From Antedon mediterranea (lineage: Eukaryota > Animalia > Echinodermata), in the NCBI RefSeq assembly GCF_964355755.1, contig NC_092671.1, positions 36,156,304 to 36,220,303 on the forward strand: a stretch of 64,000 nucleotides of DNA. Reading direction: 5' to 3'. Each line of letters opens with the position of its first letter. The stretch's first letter is position 1. Positions 28,661 through 43,200 of the stretch are shown in pieces. Position numbers and translations under genes: made by a program. A model generated the notes under the pieces. That model saw nothing but the letters and a program-made list of their open reading frames with translations. It did not search any database and had not been told where the DNA came from.

Positions 28661-28762
28661 ATTGGTCTTCATTGGGATAGAAGATCACTTAGTGTTAACA
28701 CACGCGAAAACAGGAGCAGTGTTTAAAATTTTGGCTACTAGGGTAATTCCAATCGTATTAAA

Positions 28763-28986
28763 ATGTTGGCTACTGATGCAACGTGCCTGGTGAAAGGAGT
28801 GTTCTTAATTGTTGCCACTACTCTTTTATTTCACGATGCAACATCATCAAGAATTCTTTTAGTTAAGAATAAATATATCAATGTTGTGGTTGGAATTAAC
28901 GATCGTGTCAAAGAGGATCCAAATTTAATAGAGAAGTTGAAGCAACGACTAACCGAAGCATCCGCATTCCTCTACGCAGCAACTGA
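28763..28986 (+). CDS. CLCA: CLCA exon 1 (signal peptide + N-terminus)
   Basis: [52 protein letters not shown]...[12 protein letters not shown]; hydrophobic leader; donor GA|GTAAGT, phase 2. Confidence 0.9.
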
Positions 28987-31900
28987 GTAAGTCATTAATT
29001 ACGTTAAATTAATTCTAATTTCATGTTACAATATGCTACAATATTCTACCATAGCTAGTTAGAAGAAACCACTATATTAATTTGCATAGTAAGTAAAACA
29101 GTCTTTATCTTGATTATTTATGTATGTAGTGTATGCATTATATTTAAAAATACAAAGCGTAACGTGTTTTTTGTTTTGTTTAAAAAGGTAATTTAAACAA
29201 AAGTCTAAATTGGGATTTGTTTAAAATCAAATAATTAAAAGTGTAAGGACTTGTTTCAACCATTACATTTTGATATAGGTTTTGTCAATATTATTTTCTC
29301 ACCTTCATCTTTATCCATAGTATCTTATGAACATATTCAATCGTTCTCTCTTTTTTTTTTCATTTCCAAAAACACAAAATAATTAAAAGGGTTCTAAAAA
29401 TGTTACTGCTACAGTAGCTATGGCTAATAATAAAAGAAATTAATATAAAAAAACCAGCTTTGAACTTAATTCAACATCAGATGTGCATGTGTTTATCTAG
29501 AAGCGCAGTGTTAAAACCGGTTGGTCAACACACATTCTGGTTTACTTGTCAAGTAGGGCGCACTTAGATTAAGTTCTTAGTGAAACTAATTCCACAACGA
29601 ATGTAGGCTGTTTGCTTGAACTTATATGAATAATTAAGAACGACCCTAAAAGGGAAAATTAAAATTAAGGAAACAAGTACCGCAGTAAAGAGGGAATAAG
29701 AAACATAGAGAAATCGGATAAATTACCATTATATTAAAAACGTTAATTCTATAAAACCTCTTGTTTTGTTTTTCTTATTTTTTACTTTTTTTATATATTT
29801 TTTTTTTGTAAAGCGTTGTTTAAGTTTCAATACGTGTTTTTTTTTTTGGTATTTGGTATTTTTTTTAAAGCGTTGTTTAAGTCTCTATACGTGTGCGGCG
29901 CTTTTCTACGCAAATACGCATTTTCTTTCCATAGGCAATAATCAATACACCTGCTCGTTGACAATGTTAAAAAATACAATTCTTAGAAAAAAATCCAGAC
30001 TTTGAATTTCAATAACCTCTTGATTCAATCGCAAGATATCCAACAACCAATACGGTATTTCAATGCCCGGATGTTCGTTGGTGGTACACCTGTTGCAAAA
30101 ACGATAGTAGATAACCAGGTAGACCAAACAGATTATCCATTTCCATCCGGGATAGAAAGAAATTCGCAGACAAGTTTTATTTGGTTATTATAATAATATA
30201 TTTACGCGTAGGGTTCGCATTAGTGAAGCAGCCTCGGTAATTATACTACTGCATAGTGGTTTTTAAAAGCTTTGCTGTAATCGTTTGTTTTGTATCTTAA
30301 AGGGACTAAGAAAACTGAATTTAGATTTTTTTTTATCATTGGTTAAATTGATTAGAGCATGACTTTAAAGTTGTATTTTGCAAAAAAAAAACATGAAAAA
30401 TGAAGATTAATAAAATCAGACTTCAAATAGGACATTTCGCAGTTTTAATAAAGTTATTTACTTCTGTATAAAAAAACAAAAAAAATAGTTTACTTCACTT
30501 ATCAAAAGATAAACAAAATTATTAAGTTTAAACAAAAACCACAAAAATTTAAATATTGTTTGCATTAATTTACATTTTTTCTGGTAAATCATTTTTTTCC
30601 AATCCATTTTTGGTCACAGTGAATAACTATTACGTGACATTAAATGGCATATTCAACAAAAAATTGTAAAAAACATTTTTTTAGGGGGATAATATATCTT
30701 TAATGTAGGATTTCTCAGAATAAGTTAAATTTTTTTAATAGTTAAAATGGCACTTGTTAAACATTATGATTCTAAACCCGTGATATTGAATATAAAATCG
30801 AATTTATCACGTGCTGTAACTTAGCGTAGTTCAGAAGGAAATGCGCATTAATCGTCAACCTTCTCTGACCCGGCTTATTAAACTAATTTTCAAGCGAACT
30901 TTCAACATACGTGCCCACTCGAGATAACGCTATATTTAAACAGCAACATACAAAAAAAAACAAAATGTTACTTATTAAAAATCTACTAGCAATACGAAAT
31001 GTTAAAATAGGAGATTATTACAAACATTAAGAAAATAGCACAACGTTTATGACAACCATGGGAATAAAGTTCACACATCAAGTATTGTATAACCTTGCCA
31101 ACTAATTAGCATCCGTATATTATTAGATCGACCAATAGCGTAGTAATAATATTAGTATCCTTGACAATGAACTGCGCGCAGGATGTTACCTTGGCAATAT
31201 GAACAACGCGCATTCTATAGCCTTGGTAACCTACCGCGCGCAATCTGTAACCTTGACAATGAATGAGCGATAACCAATAGCAATCAATTAAAGCTCTGTC
31301 TACATTATCAAACTTGTTTGACAAAAAAAGTGTGATGTGCCCAAATATGGTAGTGATAATGCCCAAATATGGCAGTGATATGACATCATCATGTCCATAT
31401 ATGGGCACATCACATATTTTTGACAAATAAACTATTACGTATTGGCGATAAGACTAATTTACAACGCTGACAACAACACAAATAAAAAAAAACTGGAAAC
31501 CTCAACATATTTTAAACATCGACGATAAATACTTTTTAAATTGTTGTTTACCGTACGGCCGTACTTTTATTCATCTTTATTTGTATTTTAACCAAAACTA
31601 CATAAAAAAATACCTTGTTTGTCGTAAACTTAAAAAGGATATAAATTAAATAAAATCGTCGATTCTTTCAATTTTGAGGATATCAAAATAATATAGTGAC
31701 TGACTCAGTTTGGTATGACGGAACTAACTAATTTATACAATTAAATCCTATATTTTTTACACCTAAACAATAAAAAAAGTATTTTAACATGCTGCCTTGA
31801 ATATTTCCTCCGCATTTTAGTCAGAAATAATAAGAGTGCGATGATGATGATATACTTTGAATATGTACAAGGTGGAAATATGTAATCTTATATTAATATG

Positions 31901-34900
31901 GAAATCCATTAAATACGTAGTAATATTTATAATTGAAAATAACCTTAAAACAACCACAAATCGGTTAAAGCTTGGCGCGCACACGAGCCGATGCGTAGGC
32001 ATATTCCGCTCGGATTTAGGATATCGGTGGTTGTCATAATTGCATATAATCCACGCGTTTGTTCGCGTGTATAGGAAGTGCTTCATTAAATTCAATATGC
32101 TGATGTTGAAACTTAAAAGCAATATAAGTTATAAATACCATAGTATAATATCGGCGACATCGATTGTAATCACGCAGGAGTGTGTCATACAGTTGCAAAA
32201 ATGAATTCTAATAATCATGCTAAGTTTGAGGTTATTATTAGCATCAACAAATCTATCTAACAAAAGTTCTTATTAAAAAACTATTTATTGAGAAATACAT
32301 TTTTATTAAAAATAGACCTAACTATGTTTAATTTCTTTATAGCCAAAGAACCTATCTTAAAGAAATTCATATTCTGGTTCCCGGATCATGGCGACGTCGT
32401 GCGCACTACAGCAACGCCGAATGGGAGCAGTACGATAATAGTGACGTCATTGTAGATTTGCCAAGTGACCATTTCGGAAACAGGCCGTACACTAGCAAAG
32501 CCACTCAGTGCGGAGAACAGGGTAACTACATTCATCTCACCCCAGACTTTATTATGGACCCGAAACTACAAACACATTATGGAGAATTTGACAAAGCCGT
32601 GAGTATTTTAAACCATTTCAGCACAGTATGGAAACTCTGGCCTTGTTTTCGCAGCCAAAAATTAACCGATAACAATTAACCGATAAACTGCCTGTGGAAA
32701 CGGGGTTTAACTAATTCCACTCGAGAAAAATTAACCGATAATTATCTCATTCAAATCAGATAATTATTGGATAAATGCGATCAAGTTTAACCTTTAACCT
32801 GAACACAAATTGTTGCGATGCGATTGGGTCTCTGGTGGTTCGGTAATGACTGATCATGCGCACATTTTTGTTTTAGCTGGCTCCGGAAACACGGCCTCTT
32901 TGAAAGCGTTAGTATAGATACATCAGTATGATGTCATAAGTACTGTACATTGGCAAAGTGACGTCATAATAAATAATAACAAGCGAATAAATACCTATAC
33001 ATATTTATAACTGTAGGCCTACAACTACAATAATAACAATCTTAAAAAAATTCATTTCAATTGACTAAAGCATTTTTTTGCTAACGAATTTGAACAGTGA
33101 TACGTTGGCCATATATTGAACTCTTTTAATGGTGTATAATGTATGTATCACTTTGTATGTATCACTTTAGTTTGACGAGGGAGATGTAACATAATTGTTG
33201 TCCATGGACACAATGGTGAATCAGCACCATGTTATCAAAACTAAGAACTAACTTTCACATTAACCGATTTAGGCCAAAAGGCAAATATGCATTCAACATT
33301 AATAAGGTGTCTTAAATACATTTATTTTTAGTATAACCTTTAGTTCCTTTTAGAAAATAATGAGTCCAAGAAATTAATTTAATTACATTTTGCGATTAGC
33401 GTTATACATTTAAAATGTCTCTCAAAGAGAGCGAATTTATTTTAAGTGTAATCTTGTTTGTAGAAATTTCTTATAATTGGTAAAATTAATTTCGACGAAA
33501 AATTATCTAAGAAATTTAAAACGGAAGTTGATAAAGATTACGATAATAAAAAATGGAAATTCAAGCACATTACCGAAGCACGAAGACATGATTTAGGAAG
33601 AACCAAAATGGCATGATATAAGCCTGGCTGTCTAGCTATCTCCACTGAAAATATCCACTACACTTGTCGACGCATTAAGCGTCAACAACTATAAAGTTGA
33701 CGCTTCAAAGCCTATACTTTCTTACTATGAGAACCCTTGTTAAGGAATAAAGAGGAACACCTTCAAGATCTAACAAAGTGTCCCTTTCACTTCATTCATT
33801 TTTCGAAAAGTTTCCATTTTTAAAAAGTCCCCTGAATAGAGAAGGGGTTCTACCACCATACACCAGAACGATGGGTGATTTAAAATCTTTCTATGCATTG
33901 CATTGCACTGATTAGGAATGGTACAAATACGATAATATGTGACTTATAGATGTGTAGTATGTAATTGGAAGTTTGCAGCCATGTGTTAGCTTTAGGCTAT
34001 CTAAGCTCTATATCGGAACATGTTAAAAAAGAAATTATCATTAATGACTAATACTAACTTAAACAAGTATATAAGGTTAAAAGGATGAGGGAATTCATTC
34101 CCGTGTTATAATACAAATGAAAGGTCTGATTGATATTTTTGATACAAAATAATACGTCAGAGTGACGTCACAAATCGTTGTTTTACCATAATTGGTATTA
34201 AATATCGATACAATAAAGGTGTTTTGTCCGGTTTCTGTAAAGTATAACTAACGTCACTTTATAAGATACGGTCACTGATTGTCCATAAAAACGAAACAAA
34301 ATAATCCATATAATCTTCAGGATAGGAATACACTTTGTCTGTTTAACCCAAGGGTAAAATTCTTAAACAATATGAGATTAAATTTTAAATAACACCATCT
34401 CCGCCTTCTAACTTTCGTTTACCGAAACTTTTAATTGATTTTAAATGACAATATCCAAATAGAAATGTTTCGTTTAAAGCAGTGTCTACACTATCTACCT
34501 CTTGGCCAGCTTTGCATTGATTAAATCAGCCTAAAATAAAGCTATGTCTACACTTTGAAAGTGTATGTGACAAAAAAGTTTGATGTGGCCAAATATGGCA
34601 GCGATATGCCCAAATATGGTAGTGATATGACATTATTAAGCGCCTTGAGCACTTTGTGTATATGTGCGCTCTATAAATCTTAAAGTTAAAGTTTATTCGA
34701 ATATCCAACCGGTTGTTATTGACAATGTCAATATCAGTTAATTTTTAAAGAAATAGGCGTTATCGAATTATTATCAAATGAGTAGCTTACTACCTTATTC
34801 TTACCGAATCAAGTTTAAAATTGACCTGAGGAAATATCTGTGTTTGGGTGGAGTGCTTCTATCTCATTACTGCAAGGGAAGACGACTTATTTTTACAATT

Positions 34901-37167
34901 GTTTCTCATTGATGTCTTCCTATTCGTGTTCGTCACATATTGTTCACATATCCTTTGTGAACGTCCTTAATATACGTCCTAAACCTTGAGCATAATTTTC
35001 AAATTTCCTAGCCCAACTCATGTTCATTACCAAGGACCTAGACCCCAGCGGCATCTGCTTATCCCGTCGGGTGTCGGAACACTGATAAGGCCAACATGTC
35101 GGAAATATGTTTCATGTGGTGTAAACCAGTCTATATTAATGCTGCGTTTAACCCTCCTGTGGTGCAACATGCACCCATCCATTTTACTGAAATGTAGTGA
35201 AATATAAACGATATGCTAATTTCTAATAAAAATCAATTTGAAGTGATAATTTTAATCAATTTATTAATAAAATTGTGGTGATAACCAAAACAGTTTATGT
35301 CGGTACAAATAATTGATTCATCAAATTACGATAAATGTTAACGTATACAGTAGATTAGTTAGTTAACCACTAACAATACTGTAGGCCTAAAACTCTGTCT
35401 ACACTATCAAAGTAGTTTTACACCATGGTAGTGATATGCTTAAATAATATGGTAGTGATATGACATCATCATGTCCATATATGGGCACATCACATTTTTT
35501 TCACATAAAGTTTGATAGTGTAGACAGAGCTTTAGATTTGCGTTTGCGCCGCGTTTCAATACACCTTTTGCTTATTAGGAGTTTATTTGTACTTCAAAAT
35601 CGCATAACTCGCACCAACTGGATTATCATAATCGTGCTAAAATAAAACCACACCTGACCTTTAAGCAACCTTAATACTGCGGTATTGATATTACAGGCTT
35701 TATCCAAAAGTAACATTTAATCCTAATAATACTTTCTAATCTTCATCAAAGGATTAGCGATGATCGCCAGTAGAAATCTGACACAAACAAAGTTAATCAC
35801 ATCACGTCTTATTTTTTCTAATTCTGCAAGTATATAAACACAGATTACCGTTTGAAATCAATCATTGTTGTGGTTACGTGTAGGCCTAATTATAACAAGA
35901 TGATGTATCGTACTCTTAATAATAATACTGACCAGTGGCGTAACGGTTATGAGCGCTTACTAGCTAAACCCAGGGGCCCCGGATCTTATGGGGGCCCCTG
36001 CGCAGTGTCCAGAGGCATTAAATTAATGTCGAAAGGGGCTAAAAACACTCAGCGTTGGAGGACCACTTGGAGTTCTCAAACCATGGGCCTCAGGCCTCTG
36101 CGTTATGCCACTGATACTTATGTTCATCTTAGATCATTGAATCCTTTACTTAGTTCAGATTTCAATACCGGTAGTCGGTTTCGCGCCGTCAATGAAATCA
36201 TAATTTTTGTCTACGCTAATCTTTGGCACTTGGCAAGTATTTGCAGTTTGTAATGTAATTGTAATGAATTGGCACTGAAACCAAATGATATCATCTAAAA
36301 GCCGGATTTAGATTTTGAAAACGAGGCAACGATACAATTACATTAACTTAGTAGCTAGCGACTCGGGTATTGTGTCTAGTGAACGACTCGGGTATTGTGC
36401 CTAGTTCGCGACTCGGGTATTGTGTCTGGTATCTAGTGAACGACTCGGGTATTGTGTCTAGTGAACGACTCGGGTATTGTGTCTAGTGTCTAGTGAACGA
36501 CTCGGGTATTGTGTCTAGTGAACGACTCGGGCATTGTAGTATCTACATTAGTGAACGACTCGGGTGTTGTGTCTAGTGAATGACTCGGGTATTGTGTCTA
36601 GTGAATGACTCGGGTATTGTGTCTAGTGAACGACTCGGGTGTTGTGTCTAGTGAACGACTCGGGTATTGTGTCTAGTGAACGACTCGGGTATTGTGTCTA
36701 GTGTCTAGTGAACGACTCGGGTATTTTGTCTAGTGAACGACTCGGGCATTGTAATATCTACATTAGTGAACGACTCGGGTATTGTGTCTAATGAATTACT
36801 CGGGTATTATGTCTAGTGTCTAGTGAACGACTCGGGTATTGTAGTGTCTAGTGAACCTAAATTATATCAATCGGTTCTTGTTTGGTAATTTACCCCTACT
36901 GCCCACCCCTGCTACATTTCGACTGTGGACCTAATAGGTCCATGTTCCGACAGCGTCGATCAAACAGAGGTTTTATAAGAGACTAAAGTTCACCTTCTTT
37001 TGGTCTAAAGCTCTGTGAGAAGGTGTGAGATGCCAAAATATGGTAGGGATATGCCCAGATATGGTAGTGATATGATATGACATCATCATATCCATATATA
37101 GGCACATCACATCACATTTTTTGTCAAATAAAATTTGATAGTGTAGACAGAGCTTTAGATACTCCTA

Positions 37168-37201
<34 letters not shown>

Positions 37202-40200
37202 TTCATACTCATCCAAACAGCGAGTAACTCGCCAATTACAGGATGGATAAACTATTTAATAATTTATCGTGCTTATAAACTAAGTCTCATTTGAGGCTTA
37301 GGGAGTGGAGTTGAAAGAGTCATGAGTTACAACCCTGTACTAGGTCAGGATTGAACCCGGGACCTTGGGATTGGAAGGCAAGCACGTTAACCACCAAGCT
37401 ACAGCTCCACTACTTAAAACCTATAAAATGCAAACTCATCGCGTTTGAAGCGGAATCTTTATAACGATTCATACAGCGATAATTTAATTTCTTATAATTA
37501 CAATTCTCGATTAGTTGATATGAATATAATTTGTATTTACATCTGGGAAATGTCTACACATCGAAGGCTATTATAAATAGAAACTTATTTCAAAACCATT
37601 CATTAAATTTAAATTGTTTCAATACTTAACGAAGTAAGATATTACACAACTTCAAACTAACACATACTAGGCCTGATTGAAAAGTTGTCAAAATGTCGTA
37701 TTTAGCGATTTGGGGTTCTGATTCTGCTGGAATTTTAACCATGCAACTGTAAACCTTTTCAATTCTAGTTTTAATTTCCCTGGTAACAATTATGAATATA
37801 CACAAATATTAATAATATTAATTAAGTTATTACTATATTGTTTTTCCAGTTTGTACACGAATGGGCTCATTTTCGATGGGGTGTATTCGATGAGTACGCC
37901 GAGGACGACATGCCCGCGTTCTACATTGATTCCAACGGAAAAGCCGAAGCTGTACGCTGTGTTCTAGATGTGACCGGTAAGACGACGTCTTTAATTATTA
38001 ATATTAATAATATTAATTAGTGCAAATTTAAAGCTCTGTCTACGCTATCAACTAAATGAAAATCGTTACATTCTATCACGACCAAGTTTATCATTCTACG
38101 TAAGACTTTCAATTTATGAAATTAAATAAAACGTAATCACTTCTAATTACAATGAAAGGGTCTTTCACATCTGTTCCGGCACATTTCCGGTCCGGCGCCG
38201 GAAAATGCAATCGAACGTCAATGTTTCGTTTTCACACGCGGCTACGCGCATATCGATTGGCGCATAGCCGCGTGGAGCTTCGTGAAAACGAAACTCTAAT
38301 GTTCGATTCGTCGGACCGGAACCGTGCCGGAACAGGTGTGAAAGACCCTTAAAACGAATTATTAATAGATTAATATAACAACGTCTACTATTTATAGTGT
38401 CGATTCATTGAAAAAATACATTTGTCTACACTATCAAACTAGTTTGACAAAAAAAAGTGTGATGTGCTTAAATATGGTAGTGATATGACATCATTATGTC
38501 TATATAATGGGCACATCACATTTTTTGTCACATAAAGTTTGATAGTGTAGACAGGGCTTAAGACTTCTTTGTGAATAGTCTATTTAAACAAGCGGTAACA
38601 ATGTTTTAAGGTGCAATATAGCAGAACAAGAGAATGTGTCTATCATGTTTCTTTTGCTTTAAACGCTAAACTAAAGCTTTCTTTGGGTAAATGCTATCCA
38701 TCTCTTAAATCGTTACACATACACAATCTTCTGTCAAAAAAGACAAAAACTTGTATTAAGCCTTGCAGCAATGTTAAAAGAACTACCAAGGTTTAAATTT
38801 ATAAGATATACATTTCAATATAAATGTACTACTTGGAAAAGAATGAATTACACATCTATCGAACGTTACAGGGGACAACATATTGATCATCTATCACTTC
38901 TAAGTTACTACAGAACAAATAATTATATTAGTTAAACAAAAAACGTACGAATGAGTCATTCTTGACAATACTCATTAAAATAAACACTGCCCTTGGCCTA
39001 AAAATATCAATAATAATTATTTATATTATTCTTTATTAAGAAAATGACATGAATTGAACTTGGTTGATTCTTCTAGCAATACAATAAAACTTGATTTAAT
39101 CAATAAACTATGACTCATCCATACTAATTATAAAAATGTAGTATCTCTTAGTACTAAATCGAAAACGCGACCAAGTTCATCATTCTACGTAAAGCTCTAT
39201 CTACACTATCAAACTAGTTTGACAAAAACATGTGATGTGCCCATATATGGACATGATGATGTCACATTACTACCATATTTAAGCACATTACACTTTTTTG
39301 TCAAACTAGTTTGATAGTGTAAACGGAGCTTTAGAACTTGTAAATCGAAATCGTTATATTATAATCGAAATATTCCAACACGACCAAGTTAATCATTCCA
39401 CGTAAAACTCCTTTCAATTAAAGAAATTAAATAAAACGTAATCTCTCCTAATCACAATTAACACGAATTAACGGTAGTCCCTAAAGTCGTTCTAATTAGT
39501 GTAATGGAAACCTAATAGATTAATATAACAACGTCTACTAGTGTCGATTCATAGAAATACAATACATTGATAATTACATTTTGTCTACACTATCAAACTA
39601 GTTTGACAAAAAAATGTGATGTTTCCAAACATGGAAGTGATATGCCGAAATATGGTAGTGATATGACATCATCATGTCCATATACGAGCACATCACATTT
39701 TTTTCTCACATAAAGGTCGATAGTGTAGACAGGGCTTTATAAGATAGAATTCACATATTTAATTTATTTTATGTAAATTAGGTACCCTACGGAATATACG
39801 TACAGGAGGAGATTGTACGTATGGCACGGATGGGTTGCCAGATGGAGACTGCAGATTCGTTGATGACCGTAGTTCTACCAATTACGATGGTTCACTTATG
39901 TACAAGCAGTACCTACCAAAGGTATATACAACTATATACATTTTATCTGAAATGTACACGTATATATATTTATATGATATATTGTCCCCCAAAAACATGA
40001 AAAATGACGAATAATAAAATCAGACTCCAAATATGCCATTTTGCAGTTTTTTTAATAAAGTTATTTAATTCTGTAAAATAAAAACTAACGTATAAGCCTA
40101 CACTAACAACTATAGGTGCAGCGGTTTTGCGACCAGCATTCTTCAGGAGGATGGACAGCTAATTTGCATAATCGTCAGGCACCCAACAAACAAAACCAGC

Positions 40201-43200
40201 AGTGTGGAGGAAAAAGTGTTTGGGAGGTAAGCAGAATATATAACACAATAGAAACAATATTAATATTAATTGCTGACACACAAACAAAATAAAATAATAA
40301 GGCGTTACTATACTATAATATATAGATTTATAAAGCGCTTTTTCCAAAAAAAGACCAAAGTGCTGTACATTAATCAGAGCAGTATATAAAGCCAACTAGA
40401 ACATCTAAACTTATTCCTTAGGCAAAAAAAAACTTTTTTAACAAACTATACGCACATTAATAGGTAAATTATTCCATAACTTAGGTCCAATTACAGAAAA
40501 TGATTTATCTCCAAATAGTCTACTAGTTTTAGGAACAGCAAGACGAGTAATATCTTATGTGGATATTAAAACAATAATATAATAATTATATTAGGCTGGT
40601 AAATAAAATTAACTATCAATAGCCATAGACAATCTCTTTGTGAGTTTATCTTTTGCGGCAGAAAAACGGGATTTAAAATAAACTAAATTCGTAGTAGGTT
40701 TTTGAATGACAGTCTATCCTTCCAGGCTATTCACAAATCAAACAACCGATTGCATCTGAAAGGCTCAGCATAAAATCACATGTTTATCTTACAGGGTATA
40801 CATTTTAATAACGGATTAAAAACTAAGGAAGAACATACTAAGAAGGACATACACAAATGAAAGTCAAAAAAGAGACATTTCCTTCAAACCTTTGCGATCA
40901 GATCTAAAGAAATAATTATAAAAACGAACATCAGATTTTCCATTATCACATTTCCTTTGAAGGATTCTTCAAGTAATATACCTAGATGTTCAATTAAACT
41001 CAATTTATAGGTAGGAGAGTAAATGCAGTTATGAAGCGATTAATTTTGAATGTATACCTCTAGGTCTAAGATTACTTTGTTATTTAATAGAGAAAGTGAG
41101 TCATTTCATTGTGAACTAATCGTGTTTTAGTAGGTCACAGTGAAATCAAGAATAATTAGTTTTCATCAGCAACGAATAGAAACTGCATTTTCTAGATAGA
41201 GTTATATATACTAACTATAACAAAGTTCTTAAATTCTCTCCATGTAAAGGTTGCAACAATTTGTAATGCACACTTTCGGACAATGAATTAGATTTAAAAA
41301 AATCATCTATGTTTCAATGTATTCATATCTGTTTAAATACAACAACAAAAATATCTACAATTGTATTAATTTGTATTTATATACGTTTTTGACCTGTTTA
41401 CAAACAATGGCAACGCTGAAGAACTGACTATACTACTGAAATAAATTGATTATTCCAAATTGATTATTACTATAAATAGTATTTTTGATGTATTTTTCTT
41501 TGTTGTTTATTTTCATAATTATGCCAAGCAAAATTTCCATTTTAAAATGGACCAATAACATTTCTTGAATTTTGAATGGCTAAATATATGGTACCACCGT
41601 ACACAATCTACCACCAGTTATGGTAATGAGTTAATAATAATAATCTTTGTTTTCTTTAAGGTGATGAGGGACCACTTTGATTTTCAAAATGGTTTTAACC
41701 CATCGCTAGATACAGTTGGACTTCCAGAAGTTCCAACTTTCAAAGTGGTTCATCAACAAGCAAAACGAACTGTCATTGTGTTGGACGTGTCGGCAAGCAT
41801 GAAAGGGGAACCGTTGACGCAATTACGTCAGGTGAGACAAATGAAATAATATAACTATTATATAAGATACTGTACTTAATTATACCAAGGCAATCTAACA
41901 ACAGGACACTGAGTTCACCTTGCCAAAATAGGAACTCGTAACAGTCCTTTGATCTTATGTCTGGCTGCGACAAATACCAACAGTACTATTACTATGTACA
42001 TATTCTCTCTACGGCGCGCGATGTAGAACTAATCGTGTCGCAGCCACAGATGAACCCTTTGATCTCTGAAGTCATGTAGAATAAAACACCATTATGAAAA
42101 CAAAAAGTTGGATAGGAGAAAGCGTGTTAAACACAGGTGTTTAAAATATTTTTTACATAGTCATCCACAGAAGGTGACAATTTACATAAAACAGGTGGTA
42201 CAAAAGTGGTAACAGAGACAAAACTTTTACCGTTATACGTAAAACATTGTCCATGTAAAATATGCTTTGTCATTATATGACAAAATGGTAAAGAGAAACA
42301 TAAAATAATTTAAAAATCTACAATAACATCATGCGATACCAAAGAGTAAAAACACGGATTTTGTCCAGAATTTATTTTCAGTTTATTTGTTTATTTTCTA
42401 ATTCATTAAAACACATGATTTTATATATTTTATAGAATTACTTAATTACAGGTCTCGTGGATTCGGTTTTGTTTATTGTTTTAATAAATGTATAATGTAT
42501 TTTGTGAAATATACGCATCTTGAAAATGAAACAAGCGAATGATATAGGCTATGATATCATTTATGCCTTAAAGGCGTCTACGAAATGATTATCTCTTTGT
42601 ATGTAGAGTTATTCGCTTTGGACCAATTTCATGTCCCGAATGTATTGTGTCATAATTTACTGTAGCATTACACAATTATGACGTATTTCTGAACATCTGT
42701 TGTGGTGAATAAACTAAAAGATTAAATTACATTACAGAAATATTGGTATATACACATTTATTTGGGAAAACAAAGGCAATAAATACAAATTGTTTTTTCT
42801 ACTTCAAAAAAAATCTAGGCCAATGACTAAAAAAATAAGCAGATAAGCGAAATTGAAATCTCACACTGCTATTTTTGTTGAAGAAGAAAAAGTATTTAAA
42901 GTATAATCAAGCTGGATATCTTTTGAGTAGGCATATAGATGTTTTATAACTTTTTCACAATGTTCATAATACTAACATATACGATAGAGACTGGACTACG
43001 CATAGCTTTCGAGTCTAAAAGACACTCTGCGCACGCTCAGAAAATGCGAGATTAAGCGCAGTTTGTTTATTTTTGTTTGTTCGTTTGTTTTCTTTGTTTG
43101 TCTTTAGTTTAGATCCGTGTTCCTATGCATTTTCCAGGCTCTCTCTCTTATAATAATGTTTACCAACTTTAGTCATAAACATATAACAAATTCTAAAAAT

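Noticed and set aside
28608-28793. 61-aa upstream overlapping ORF
   Set aside because: GTG start lies upstream of the putative TATA box, so it is probably not on the transcript; no recognisable motif.
37335-37408. tRNA-Gly gene on the minus strand
   Set aside because: The acceptor stem does not pair and the sequence runs into a non-tRNA body and poly(A); it is a SINE head.
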